The position numbers were made by a program, and so were the translations under genes. From positions 41,879 to 105,878 of the IMG/VR virus record IMGVR_UViG_3300028827_000100: a stretch of 64,000 nucleotides of DNA; one strand, 5' to 3'. This DNA comes from a virus. The notes beneath the pieces were generated by a model. That model ran no database searches. It was given only the letters and a program-made list of their open reading frames with translations, and had not been told where the DNA came from. Numbering within the stretch: the stretch's first letter is position 1; each line of letters starts with the position of its first letter. This document shows, in pieces, positions 31,677 to 41,890 of the stretch.

Positions 31677-31682
31677 AAGGAT

Positions 31683-32336
31683 ATGCCTACTTTTGAACAG
31701 ATTCCGCTTGCCGGGAATCAGGATGCACAAAATGTTTTTAGAATTACCATTGGGGATTTCCCATGCTCTGATTTGCCACGTATTACTGCATGGGACGATT
31801 ATAACATGAATACGGTGAGTGCGGAGTCTCTTGCTGGTACACCTGCAAATGGAAATGTGAGTTCCATATGTGCTATTGACACGACGCTGTCAAGTTCCGG
31901 CACGGATTGGGCGACTGGTCTTGCACAAAATCCGGGTGGGCAGACCGCAAACAGGTTAAAAGGGAACGATTCATATATAACACTTGGGAATGTAGCACCG
32001 GGAGTTGGCGATACCAGAACTTTTCAGCTTGCAGTTGGAGTTGCCGCAGATTTTACACCGGGCACTACTGGGCATGAAATTGTTATAGGCGTGACTGTAT
32101 ATTATACTGGGAGTGCTCCATCTGTTACGCTTGAATACAATTCTTCCAATAGCGAGACAACGCCAAATTGGGTTGGCCTGAATATGCAATCGAAGGGGGT
32201 GTCTACTCCGCCAGCATATCCGAATACCGTTTTTGCTACAGGCCCGGATTCTACAACTACAAGCATAGACCCTGTTACCAAGCCTGATACCGGAGAGAAG
32301 TTTGCAGAGGAATACTGGGTACAGACGGCGGCATAA
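31683..32336 (+). CDS. Hypothetical virion protein
   Basis: Thr/Gly-rich beta protein in the baseplate cluster. Confidence 0.5.
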   Translation: MPTFEQIPLAGNQDAQNVFRITIGDFPCSDLPRITAWDDYNMNTVSAESLAGTPANGNVSSICAIDTTLSSSGTDWATGLAQNPGGQTANRLKGNDSYITLGNVAPGVGDTRTFQLAVGVAADFTPGTTGHEIVIGVTVYYTGSAPSVTLEYNSSNSETTPNWVGLNMQSKGVSTPPAYPNTVFATGPDSTTTSIDPVTKPDTGEKFAEEYWVQTAA

Positions 32337-32338
32337 CT

Positions 32339-32707
32339 ATGATGAAATTCGCAAAGTTTTTTGTCGGTGATAACGTATATACTGAATGGGATGACATCCC
32401 GGATGATGCACTGATTGAAAAAGTTGAAATTGATTTTCTCGGTCTTGGAGCCACTTTTGAAACCTTGCCTATTTTCAGACTTGAAGGTTGTAGCATGTAT
32501 ATGTTTCAGAAGTATGGCAAGGTTGCAATTGGTGGAAATGGTGTAAGGTACAATACGTTTTCCGGTTTTCAGATAGGAGGGAAAAGAGAAGGTGTTGGCT
32601 GGGTAGTTATGGATGCTCATTTTGATGAGAAGGTTGTAAGAGTGAGTATTGTGCCTGAAGTAACAACTATTTCGATAAAGAAGGGTTTGGATTATGTCAC
32701 AAAGTGA
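32339..32707 (+). CDS. Hypothetical protein
   Basis: Tightly packed ORF. Confidence 0.5.
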   Translation: MMKFAKFFVGDNVYTEWDDIPDDALIEKVEIDFLGLGATFETLPIFRLEGCSMYMFQKYGKVAIGGNGVRYNTFSGFQIGGKREGVGWVVMDAHFDEKVVRVSIVPEVTTISIKKGLDYVTK

Positions 32708-33602
32708 CAGTTATGCATCACTGTCTTTCACGGTTAGAGGCCACGTAAAGAAATACACAAGGTTTGCATATTGGGTTGAAGAAGTTGCAAAGTCGTGGAG
32801 TGGGGTGAATTATTCAGTTGAAGGCGTGCTGAAAAGATATTTTAGGGTGAGTTCTGAAATCATGGCCGCAAGTAACAGTTGGGTAAAAGCCTCGTCAACC
32901 GTTGAAGGGGTTGGTGCGTCATATATAAATCACAGAGCAGATGTTGTTGACAATCCTCTCCCATTTTGGTTTTCTGTGGGCAAGGACGTTGAAGACAGAG
33001 GAGACAGTTATTCTTTTGTCAATACAATTGTGCAAACGTTTTCGGATACTTATTCCCTGCTTGGTACGGTTGTACAGGCTCCTCTCTATTTATATTTTAA
33101 AAATTCTTCTCTGGTTGAAGTCTGGCAGTCGTTGTATGTTGGTGCAAGTTTGAATGTTGAAGAAATAGCAAACCTGTATTTTTCGCAGGAGGTAAACGTG
33201 CAAACTTCAATTGACGCATATTTCATGCACAAGGGTGAAGTTGAGAATTTTAGTAATTTGTGGAGTGGGATTACAACAACAGTGAATCCGTCAATAAGAT
33301 TTGACCCGCTACCGGGAACATACGATGAGCCGCAGGAGGTCAGTGTTATTGCGGATGATGTCCCGGTTTCGATAACATATACTCTTGATGGTAGTGAGCC
33401 GGATTTATCATCTCCTGAATACAAGCAGTCTATACAGATTAACAGAAGTAAAACAATAAGAGTCATGGCTGTGTTTAGTGGTGGATATACGATTTATTTG
33501 AAAGGTGACTATGTAATAGAGAATGAATATGGAAAGGTGTTGTATCAGGAGCCCTCTGTTTACGTTTCTGTTCTGGAGGATTCACTATGGAAAAAATCAT
33601 AG
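32694..33602 (+). CDS. Virion protein with C-terminal chitobiase/FN3-associated-like domain
   Basis: DPLPGTY..ITYTLDGSEPDLSSPEY..I..SKTIRVMAV. Confidence 0.65.
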   Translation: MSQSDSYASLSFTVRGHVKKYTRFAYWVEEVAKSWSGVNYSVEGVLKRYFRVSSEIMAASNSWVKASSTVEGVGASYINHRADVVDNPLPFWFSVGKDVEDRGDSYSFVNTIVQTFSDTYSLLGTVVQAPLYLYFKNSSLVEVWQSLYVGASLNVEEIANLYFSQEVNVQTSIDAYFMHKGEVENFSNLWSGITTTVNPSIRFDPLPGTYDEPQEVSVIADDVPVSITYTLDGSEPDLSSPEYKQSIQINRSKTIRVMAVFSGGYTIYLKGDYVIENEYGKVLYQEPSVYVSVLEDSLWKKS

Positions 33603-34642
33603 TATATGATGAGCTTCAGGCACAAATACCAAAAGGGGACTTCTACCTCGTTGGAACAATTCCATACAGGGGTAAAAAGAACTCATATGAATTTAATATA
33701 GATACTCTTTTACCCTATTCGCCTGTGTATATTGATTTTAACGGCGAGAGATACAACTTGCAGACGGATGCATCTGGCATAGTACAACTTGTTCTTTTTC
33801 TCAAATCGGGTGTGAATACACTCAAGTGGAGGTTGGCTGGGAAAGAGTGGAATGTTGTCGAGATAAGCACAAGTAATATAGGCGCTATCCACGAGGGTAT
33901 AGGGGATGCTGTAAATGATATTCTCGCAGACTTGAGCGAGTATTGGGACAATGCATGTATTTCTACAGCTTTAGACCTGTCTCATTTTCATGCTATTTCT
34001 GGCATTGATGTCTTAACAAAAGAAAGACTTGAAGAAGCAATGCAGGCTTTATACTATTTTGTTGATAGAAAAATGGGGCCGTATGTTCTTGGTGGAGCAA
34101 TGCAGAGTATACCCCCGATTATATACAGCGTTGGTTCTTTTGTCCCGAATAGAAACCTCGTTAAGGACAAACTGTTTTCTGATATAGAAAGTAACTATAT
34201 ACTTGAACCTTCAAATGGGGTTTTGGAAGTAGTTACTGGTGGCCTGTATGACAAAGCATTGAAGTATACAGGTTCTGGGAATGTTGAGATATATGTAGCA
34301 CTCCATTCGTATGGAGGGGAATATGGGAACTGGTTGTTTTCGTTTTATGCCAAGTCGAATATAACACCGGATATAAGAATAGCTCTTTCGGTTGACGGGT
34401 CGTTGTGGTATTATAGTGATTATATGACTCTTTCAGATGAATTTGAAAAATACACCCTGTTTATAAAGAACAGTGAAAATCCGAAATATGCGAAGATAGA
34501 AATAGGGCAGATGTTTTTGTCCAACAACTGGATAGAATTTTCGTATATGCATATAGGCAGAGACAGATGGTCGAGAACTTTACCGGCAACAGTTGGGTCT
34601 GGCGGTGACAAAAAACACTTGGCAATATTGTCATGTATATAA
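33587..34642 (+). CDS. Putative baseplate wedge protein, with carbohydrate-binding-like domain
   Basis: Position; NRNLV..WLFSFYAKS segment resembles CBM4/9-type modules. Confidence 0.45.
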   Translation: MEKIIVYDELQAQIPKGDFYLVGTIPYRGKKNSYEFNIDTLLPYSPVYIDFNGERYNLQTDASGIVQLVLFLKSGVNTLKWRLAGKEWNVVEISTSNIGAIHEGIGDAVNDILADLSEYWDNACISTALDLSHFHAISGIDVLTKERLEEAMQALYYFVDRKMGPYVLGGAMQSIPPIIYSVGSFVPNRNLVKDKLFSDIESNYILEPSNGVLEVVTGGLYDKALKYTGSGNVEIYVALHSYGGEYGNWLFSFYAKSNITPDIRIALSVDGSLWYYSDYMTLSDEFEKYTLFIKNSENPKYAKIEIGQMFLSNNWIEFSYMHIGRDRWSRTLPATVGSGGDKKHLAILSCI

Positions 34643-34654
34643 GGAGCGGGTGGA

Positions 34655-35602
34655 ATGGGAGAAAGTTCTTTTTCGATTTCGCAGACGACATATGTAAAAG
34701 AAAATGTGAACGAAGCATTCAGAAATGCAATGGATATGATAATTCCTGTTAACGTTTCGGTTTCATATGGTAGAGCAGTTGGGAATTTTTACGGCGTATA
34801 CGATTCGACATTGTCAAATTGTACTTTTGTTGGTATGAAATATGACGCTTCTCGTGAGATTGTTGTATTAACAGATGACGTTTTAAAAATAGATGCTCAA
34901 CTTGAGTATGTAAGTTCGCAGGTTGCAAGAATACCAACTGTGGCAACGCAGGAAATAGGTATACTCAAGAAAGACAACCTTATAATACCGCAAAGTGAAT
35001 GGGAATGGAACGGGCCTACAACGATAAAATTGCTTTCATCCACTTTTGATGAAAATTCAGATTACAGATTTACGTATGAACAGAAAAAAGAAGTGAGCAC
35101 GCCAATGCTGGACGTTGGCGTTTTGCCTTCTGAATATGACATGGTTTTTGACGCTTACAACTATTTGTTTGTAAACATGATTGCGGAGTCTGAAGTAGAA
35201 ATGTCGCAAGTTGTATTTTTTGATTCTGGAATGAGAGCATCCATAGACAATCCGGCCATAGAAGGTAGCGGTTCTTTGCGTGACGTTTCCGGAAATACCT
35301 ATTTTAGTTGGTCGTATGTTGACCGGCAAACAATAGAAATAGACGAGAGGGAATTTAAACCTGATGCGGTGTATGTTTTTACATATAAGACTAAATTCAG
35401 GTATGTATCTTATGACGGTATAGAATACTATGCGAGGTATGGAAGGTCTTACAATTCCATGTCTTCGTGGAACAAGATACAGCGTGGTGAAACTTTACCT
35501 CTTGAAAAATTTTACCAGTTCAGGTTGCAGGTAAGAGCACCAATTGTCAAGGAACAGTTGAGAATAAGAAGTATAGGAGTCAAGAAAATAAAACCTTTTT
35601 AG
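34655..35602 (+). CDS. Putative baseplate/tail protein (same frame as the preceding ORF)
   Basis: Starts 12 nt after the TAA of 33587..34642; AAGGAG RBS. Confidence 0.45.
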   Translation: MGESSFSISQTTYVKENVNEAFRNAMDMIIPVNVSVSYGRAVGNFYGVYDSTLSNCTFVGMKYDASREIVVLTDDVLKIDAQLEYVSSQVARIPTVATQEIGILKKDNLIIPQSEWEWNGPTTIKLLSSTFDENSDYRFTYEQKKEVSTPMLDVGVLPSEYDMVFDAYNYLFVNMIAESEVEMSQVVFFDSGMRASIDNPAIEGSGSLRDVSGNTYFSWSYVDRQTIEIDEREFKPDAVYVFTYKTKFRYVSYDGIEYYARYGRSYNSMSSWNKIQRGETLPLEKFYQFRLQVRAPIVKEQLRIRSIGVKKIKPF

Positions 35603-35614
35603 CAGGAGGCAAAG

Positions 35615-37711
35615 ATGCAGAGGATAATACTCAAGCCTGGTCAGGAAGTATTTGTCGATCATCTGAACTACATCGAAGAAACAAAAATAGAGAATATAAG
35701 AAATATAGTCACTAAATTTGGTACTGCCGGGCCGATAAAAGGTCTTGTTGTTTCGCCTGATACGAATGATGCAACAAAAGTTTCTGTCACTGCTGGATAT
35801 GGCTATACTTATGGTGGAGAGTATTTTGAGCTCTTAAATGATATCACAGGAATAACTGTATCAAATGCTATTGGTGCAAAGACATATATTGCCGCAAAGA
35901 TAGCAGAGAATGAGGGGTTTTTAGTGCCAGACCATGTAAGTGGTGAAGTTAATGCTACAATGATTTCTCACGAATATAGTATAGAGGCACTTTCTGAAAG
36001 TGAGTGGTTGAATCTGTCGGACAAATCCATGTATATGCTACTTGCTATAGTTCATGGAAGTGGTGGTCTTGTAAGAGCTACAGACATTCAGAGAAATTCT
36101 GTACAGCCGGTTTCCATTATGTTTGTGGAAAGCCAGCCGGTTGCTCTTACAGGGGTTGAAGTAGTTGCTGTTTCTACAAATACCCCTTCCGGGGTTTCGA
36201 GTTTGAAGTTTGATTATGTAAATTATGAATTTAGTTGGAAGGCTCCATCAGATACAAGTTATGGTTCGCCTGTGAGTATTGGCGCAGATGGTATTTATAC
36301 TGTTTATGATTCTACTGCAACTCTTTTTATAAAAATAAATATTGAAGTTGTGAGACTTCCAGTACAGGATGTTGAAGAAAATTTAAACATTGTAGATTTG
36401 TTTGCTGATTATGATTTGTCCATAGGTACGTCTAATGATATTTTGCATCGCTCAATGGCTGGTAGTGGCTTGTTATCACCACGCAATCCACATGGTCAAA
36501 CATTGGATGATTTTGATCCGGGGGTAAATCAAAATCTTATAACACACAGGTCAAAGGAGCATACTGCATCCATCATAGGAACGCCCGGAAGTTCTACTTG
36601 TGTACCGATTATATCATCTTCAAATACTTTGACGGTTGGTGCTATTGTTTCAGGCGAATATGTTGTGAGCGGTGGCATATTGATAAGTGCTGTTTATTCA
36701 CCCCTTGTTGTTTTTTCTGTAGGGGATTCGGTTGGCACTTATAATATTTATATAGATTCGTCTGGCAGACTTGAAAAAACATCGTCTGTGGTTGGGGAAC
36801 AGTATTTTAATGTATGTACGGTTGATTGGGATGGTGTACAGTTGACAAATGTTGTAGATAAAAGAAAATGGGGGACGATAAGGCCGGACAGAGTAAGTGT
36901 TGAAGATGATGAAAATAGGGAAAAAGAGTTAAATGAAGTCTCTTACAGTTTATCAGACACGCTATCAAAAATAAGAAAATCTCTTGGGAATATACTTAAT
37001 GGGTCATGGACTAAAACTCCAGCTACAAATTTGGACAGTATTGATTCAAGCATTAATTCGCTAAATAGTGATATGACGGATGCGAAAAATGATATAGCAA
37101 ATCTTCAAACTGATGTTTCAGTTTTAGATGGTGAAGTTACAGGTTTGCAATCAGATGTTGGTGCTATTAGTTCTGATGTTTCTTCGTTGCAATCGGATGT
37201 AGTAAATTTGCAGGAACATGCGAATAAGGACTTTAATGATACTGGGCCAAGTGATGAGCTTCACGGAGTGTATATGGGGCATGGTGGTGGTATAAATGCT
37301 GATAAAATAGACGATTGGGAATTGAGTGATATTCTTGCAGGTGCTACAAATTTAATAGTTTTTGCTCCAGAAGTAGATATGCAGGTTAATTTTTACAGTA
37401 GCACACCTGTAGAGGTTGACTGTAGCGGATATGTTGATGTTAACAACAGTGTATATGCCTATTGTCTTGTATTTGTGCAGGATAGTGACGGATGGGAGAG
37501 AAAGACATATGTTGCTCCAACTTCGGGCGGGCCTTGGAGCCTCGTTAGACATTCAACTGGTGCACAAAATTCGGCAAGTGGGAGAGGTGCTGGGCCGAAT
37601 ACAAATGTATTTTTTGCACCATTGTCAAATGGAAAATTTTATATAAAAACTATTGGCGATCTTTTTTGGGGTGGTGAACCTAAATTGTATCTTCTTGGAC
37701 ATATGATATAG
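35615..37711 (+). CDS. Tail fibre protein
   Basis: N-terminal anchor (GLVVS..VSVTAGYGY), NPHG motif, heptad coiled coil, INADKID motif, C-terminal head domain. Confidence 0.75.
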   Translation: MQRIILKPGQEVFVDHLNYIEETKIENIRNIVTKFGTAGPIKGLVVSPDTNDATKVSVTAGYGYTYGGEYFELLNDITGITVSNAIGAKTYIAAKIAENEGFLVPDHVSGEVNATMISHEYSIEALSESEWLNLSDKSMYMLLAIVHGSGGLVRATDIQRNSVQPVSIMFVESQPVALTGVEVVAVSTNTPSGVSSLKFDYVNYEFSWKAPSDTSYGSPVSIGADGIYTVYDSTATLFIKINIEVVRLPVQDVEENLNIVDLFADYDLSIGTSNDILHRSMAGSGLLSPRNPHGQTLDDFDPGVNQNLITHRSKEHTASIIGTPGSSTCVPIISSSNTLTVGAIVSGEYVVSGGILISAVYSPLVVFSVGDSVGTYNIYIDSSGRLEKTSSVVGEQYFNVCTVDWDGVQLTNVVDKRKWGTIRPDRVSVEDDENREKELNEVSYSLSDTLSKIRKSLGNILNGSWTKTPATNLDSIDSSINSLNSDMTDAKNDIANLQTDVSVLDGEVTGLQSDVGAISSDVSSLQSDVVNLQEHANKDFNDTGPSDELHGVYMGHGGGINADKIDDWELSDILAGATNLIVFAPEVDMQVNFYSSTPVEVDCSGYVDVNNSVYAYCLVFVQDSDGWERKTYVAPTSGGPWSLVRHSTGAQNSASGRGAGPNTNVFFAPLSNGKFYIKTIGDLFWGGEPKLYLLGHMI
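37030..37220 (+). repeat. Heptad coiled-coil repeats in the tail fibre (LQSDV-like)
   Basis: LQTDVSV/LDGEVTG/LQSDVGA/ISSDVSS/LQSDVVN. Confidence 0.6.
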
Positions 37712-37723
37712 AAGGAGGTTTTT

Positions 37724-38365
37724 ATGTACGCTATAGTGAAAGATGATATTGTTGTTACTACTATTAGTGATGCCAGCATCAAGTATTATCGTTCACCTGA
37801 AAAAAGAAATACATTTGTGCTTATACCGGATGAGTTGTTGTCTGTTGATATAGAACGTTTGCGGTATGATGGTGGTGAAATAATTGATGTTGGTACAAGT
37901 GCTCGCAAGTTTTTTGTTGACAAACGTGGTGTGAAACATATTTCAGATTCTACTGATGATGAAAGGCAAGTTTTGTATTGCAGGTTCGATGATGAACTTG
38001 TTTGTGAGGATGGTAAATGGAGAGTGCTAAAAGATGAGGAGAAACTTAATAGAATCAGGTCTAAAATGATAGAGGCCGTAAAAACTGAAGCTGGTATCAG
38101 AATAATGAATGTGATGCCATTGTGGAAGCAGATAAATATGCTAAAGGAAATAATTGATATTATGGTGGAGGCAATGCTTAATAAAAAAGTTCTTTCCAAG
38201 GAAAGTTTAAAGAAAATTGAAGACATATCCAGTTTGTGGGATTCTGCTGTTGTCAAAAATAGGCTGGCATCGAATTTAATTGAAGATAAAATAAAAGAAG
38301 AAAAAGAATTGGACAACATCTATAAGCTGAATTTTAAAGATGATGAGTTGTGGGAGGGAAAATAG
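37724..38365 (+). CDS. Tail fibre assembly-like protein
   Basis: Follows the fibre; VKTEAGIRI..PLWKQIN..RLASNLIE motif. Confidence 0.6.
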   Translation: MYAIVKDDIVVTTISDASIKYYRSPEKRNTFVLIPDELLSVDIERLRYDGGEIIDVGTSARKFFVDKRGVKHISDSTDDERQVLYCRFDDELVCEDGKWRVLKDEEKLNRIRSKMIEAVKTEAGIRIMNVMPLWKQINMLKEIIDIMVEAMLNKKVLSKESLKKIEDISSLWDSAVVKNRLASNLIEDKIKEEKELDNIYKLNFKDDELWEGK

Positions 38366-38568
38366 TGCAAATGCAAAAATATAAATTGCGTTCTGAAAGG
38401 CGAAAAAGCAACAGTAATCCCGCAACATACAAGTATTGTCATTCCTGCAAGAACTTCTTTACTCTAAATGGGAAGAAATTAAATTTCTGGAATGTTAAGG
38501 CAGTCGGTTCGTGCAATTATACCAGATTTATTTGTGATGATTGTGTGAGAGATATATTTTCCATATAG
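38365..38568 (+). CDS. Small Zn-finger protein
   Basis: CHSC...CDDC; GGAGGG RBS. Confidence 0.45.
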   Translation: MQMQKYKLRSERRKSNSNPATYKYCHSCKNFFTLNGKKLNFWNVKAVGSCNYTRFICDDCVRDIFSI

Positions 38569-38569
38569 G

Positions 38570-38696
38570 GATTATAATAGAATTTAATAACCTTATTAAT
38601 AAACTATACTTATTATATTATATAATAATCTAATTACATATTAACCTTCCTGATAGTGTATAATACATATGCCGGGGGAAGTGTGTCTACCCGGCA
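38570..38696 (+). promoter_or_regulatory. AT-rich tract, TATAAT and conserved leader hairpin (copy 1)
   Basis: TATAAT 38659-38664; 38658-38690 matches 53241-53273 at 30/33 nt; stem TGCCGGG/CCCGGCA. Confidence 0.7.
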
Positions 38697-38708
38697 GAAG
38701 GGAGGTAT

Positions 38709-39197
38709 ATGAATATGAAGGAGAGGGGGAAATATATCACCGCTGATGTGGTGGTATTTTCAGGCGACACCTCAGTGAGGGGTGCGTTTGAAGTGCGTCA
38801 CGCATTTGAATCATTAGGTTGTGTCGCTGTTAAAATAGAGACGGTGCAGGACAATATCAATGTTAATCTCGTAGCACCTTACGACATTAAGGAGAGGCTT
38901 TATAAATATTATCCTGAGTTTTATGTTGACACCACATGGGCGATTCTCAATGTTGACAGGAATCGCCTTTCAAAACTCCCCTCAAGGATAATACACAAGC
39001 CCGTCCCCCTAAAGGTTGTAGTAAAGGGGCTTGTGTATCACCGTAAAATCAAAATATTCTTCATTCCTTCCCTTACATCACAAATACAAATAAAAGGTAA
39101 GGGGAAAAGCACGCCTAAAAAATCTTCCAAAAAATCTTCCTCTATTGTGTTTTTCAAGCCGTTGAAAATTAAATTCAAAAGAAGGAGGAGCGCATGA
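38709..39197 (+). CDS. Hypothetical protein with basic C-terminus
   Basis: GGGAGG RBS; first gene after the promoter. Confidence 0.55.
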   Translation: MNMKERGKYITADVVVFSGDTSVRGAFEVRHAFESLGCVAVKIETVQDNINVNLVAPYDIKERLYKYYPEFYVDTTWAILNVDRNRLSKLPSRIIHKPVPLKVVVKGLVYHRKIKIFFIPSLTSQIQIKGKGKSTPKKSSKKSSSIVFFKPLKIKFKRRRSA

Positions 39198-40114
39198 ATA
39201 AGACTCTCAACAAATGGGTAGAGGGCGTACTCATGCCGTCAACCATTCTCTCCATCGGTATTACTATGGACGGTAAGCTCGTGTGGGTTGATGGCGACAC
39301 GATTGTAGGGGAAGTTGATGACAATCCGACTGTATATGGCCGCTATCAGGGGTGGGAAGAATGGAGAAAAAAGCCCTGCTACGAGACGGCATACAAACTT
39401 GCTTGCTCTATTGAAGAAAAGAAGATGCGCAGGGCTACAAAGCCTGTCAAGAAAATAGTGCATCTTCCCATGCAGGAATATAAAGAGCTTGTAAAGCAGA
39501 TGGGCAATCTCATGAAGAGAATAAATATATATGAAGCACTCTATGCGAAGAAAGCAAAGACGGAATACCCGGAAATGATGACGCTTGTTAATGCGGTTAA
39601 GGTCAGCAATGTTCAGTGTGGGAATGATGAGAAATATGATTGTTTTACCTGTACCGTGAAGAGAAGGAACAATTGTTGGAAGTTGGCAAAAAAGTTACAA
39701 CACAAGCAAAACGTAATAAATGGGTTGCCGTATACAAGAAATCAACTTGCAGATTTGAGAATATCGGATCTGTGGATACTTGCATCTCATCTCAAGGTAG
39801 AGGTTGCCCTGAAGGGCAAGTCGTATCTTGTAGCGGCGATACACGACAAGCAGAAAGAACTTGGGCTGATAAAGGATGAATATAAAGGAATAAGGGAAGT
39901 TGCGAATAGAAAGAAAAAGGAAGGTGCTTCGATAAAGGACGTTGTTGCTGAATCTCTCAAGGTTGTAAAGAATCAATTGAAGAAAGAGAAAAGAAAAAAG
40001 AGGGTTGCGGACATCACCAAAAAGATTGAGGTTGTTGATATTAAAAACGTGATGACAAAAGAGGAGCTTGCTTCAAAGCTCTCTAAAAAATTTAACGTTA
40101 AAATAGGAGGGTAA
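39194..40114 (+). CDS. Hypothetical basic protein with Cys cluster and HeH/Rho-N-like motif
   Basis: C..CFTC..C; QLADLRISDLWILASHLKV..KSYLVAAI. Confidence 0.5.
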   Translation: MNKTLNKWVEGVLMPSTILSIGITMDGKLVWVDGDTIVGEVDDNPTVYGRYQGWEEWRKKPCYETAYKLACSIEEKKMRRATKPVKKIVHLPMQEYKELVKQMGNLMKRINIYEALYAKKAKTEYPEMMTLVNAVKVSNVQCGNDEKYDCFTCTVKRRNNCWKLAKKLQHKQNVINGLPYTRNQLADLRISDLWILASHLKVEVALKGKSYLVAAIHDKQKELGLIKDEYKGIREVANRKKKEGASIKDVVAESLKVVKNQLKKEKRKKRVADITKKIEVVDIKNVMTKEELASKLSKKFNVKIGG

Positions 40115-40115
40115 C

Positions 40116-40508
40116 ATGACAGCAACAGTAGATGTAAATACGGCAAAGGTCTTACTTGCATACATGAACGGAATAGTGCGTCTTAACAACGCACTTTTGC
40201 AGTGTGTTGACAGGGAGCTCAATATACCATTGATAATGATACCAGCCACTACCGCAGTAAGAAGTTTGTATGCAAGTATGGTCAAGTGTGAGAGTGGATA
40301 TAGATGTAATGCTTGCATGGACAGGAATGAGTGTATGCGTTCGATACTCATTAAGATAGACAAGGCGCTCAAGAAGGCTTCCCTTGGAAAGATTGGCATT
40401 GACAAAGCACTTGAATTTGAAACTAACGTGGATGAGTTGCCTTTGTACGATGGGTACAGAGAGGCGGTGCATCTTGTTAGACAGGTAATAGTGGAGATGG
40501 GTACATGA
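40116..40508 (+). CDS. Hypothetical Cys-containing protein
   Basis: C-x4-CNAC-x5-C; AGGAGG RBS. Confidence 0.5.
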   Translation: MTATVDVNTAKVLLAYMNGIVRLNNALLQCVDRELNIPLIMIPATTAVRSLYASMVKCESGYRCNACMDRNECMRSILIKIDKALKKASLGKIGIDKALEFETNVDELPLYDGYREAVHLVRQVIVEMGT

Positions 40509-40509
40509 T

Positions 40510-41340
40510 ATGAGATGTGATATATTAGTTGTTGATGGTAATAACATAGCGTATAGAGAATATGCATCAAAGCCCCCGCTATCATACGGGGGCTTTCCTA
40601 CGTCTGCTATATATGGATTTCTGCTCCAACTTGCAGGAGCAATCAAAACATGCCATCCAAAATATATAATAGTTGCATGGGATAGCAGGGAGAGCAAGCG
40701 GAAAGAGATATACCCTGCATACAAGGCCAACAGGAAGAAAGACGATCCCAATATAAAAAACTACTATAAACAAGTTGAAGTCCTGCAAAAAGAAATCATG
40801 TCTGCCATAAGTGGTAGAACAATACAGTCAATTTCATTTAATGGGTATGAGGCAGACGACATCATAGCGAGTGTGGTTGAGACTAATAATGAATCTGTAG
40901 TAATTCTTTCAAATGATTCTGATTTGAGACAATTGCTTGCCTATCACAACGTGGCTATATACGATGGTAAGAAATTTCACACAAAGAAAACTTTTATTGA
41001 CAAGTATGGATTTGAGCCGGATATGTATCCTGCATACAAGGCTATAGTCGGGGATAGTTCTGACAACATTAAAGGTGTTAAGGGGATGGGTAAAGTTGCC
41101 GCAAAAAAAATCATTAATGAGAGTGAATATTATGAGGATGTTAGAAAGCATATCGTATCTCTAAAAGGGGCTGAAGCCATTGATGCTTTTGACAAAGCAA
41201 TGGAGTTGATATATCTCCCATTGCATGGTGAAATACTCGATGTTGAATTAATACCATACAGGATGAGTGTTGATGGGATTGTAGATGTATCTTACAGATA
41301 TGGTCTTACCAAGATAACACCAAAGAAATTCAAAGTATAA
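40510..41340 (+). CDS. 5'-3' exonuclease / flap endonuclease (Pol I N-terminal-like)
   Basis: VDGNN, YKANR, EADD, SNDSDL, GDSSDNIKGVKGMG motifs. Confidence 0.92.
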   Translation: MRCDILVVDGNNIAYREYASKPPLSYGGFPTSAIYGFLLQLAGAIKTCHPKYIIVAWDSRESKRKEIYPAYKANRKKDDPNIKNYYKQVEVLQKEIMSAISGRTIQSISFNGYEADDIIASVVETNNESVVILSNDSDLRQLLAYHNVAIYDGKKFHTKKTFIDKYGFEPDMYPAYKAIVGDSSDNIKGVKGMGKVAAKKIINESEYYEDVRKHIVSLKGAEAIDAFDKAMELIYLPLHGEILDVELIPYRMSVDGIVDVSYRYGLTKITPKKFKV

Positions 41341-41353
41341 AAGGGGGTATGGT

Positions 41354-41878
41354 ATGAGAGAGAATGGAGAAAGTTTGCCGGAATACATGCATGTAATAAA
41401 TGACGGCATGACATTTACTACCGCAGTTGATTGCGCCATAGACGTTTTCAAGCACAAAATACTCCAGTATGGGAGAAACTATAATTATGTTGATATAAAA
41501 AAGAACAAGAGATATTATGGGAATTTTAAAAATCTTGTGTCGAGATTGTGCATGATAGTACATGATGCTAATCCAAATGTAAGGCTGGGCAAATTGCAAT
41601 ATGTGAAATTATTACTTGATTACTACACAAGCATTTTTGATTTTTCCTGTGACAGGGGGAGAATATTCAACATAAATCAGATACACACACCATTTGCCCT
41701 TGATATATTTCAGCAATGGTGTGTGGAAAATTACATTACAATGGATAGATATATAGAAATGGTATTTGTTGGAGATGAAGAAAGAGATGCCAATATGGAA
41801 TATAGCAGAGAAGTTGAGAGAACGATGAAAAAGATGTTCAGGAGAATGAAATCGGGCGGTTATGAATTGATTTTTTGA
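41354..41878 (+). CDS. Hypothetical protein (possible helicase loader/initiator)
   Basis: Directly upstream of the helicase; function positional only. Confidence 0.4.
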   Translation: MRENGESLPEYMHVINDGMTFTTAVDCAIDVFKHKILQYGRNYNYVDIKKNKRYYGNFKNLVSRLCMIVHDANPNVRLGKLQYVKLLLDYYTSIFDFSCDRGRIFNINQIHTPFALDIFQQWCVENYITMDRYIEMVFVGDEERDANMEYSREVERTMKKMFRRMKSGGYELIF

Positions 41879-41890
41879 TGGGAGAGTGGG

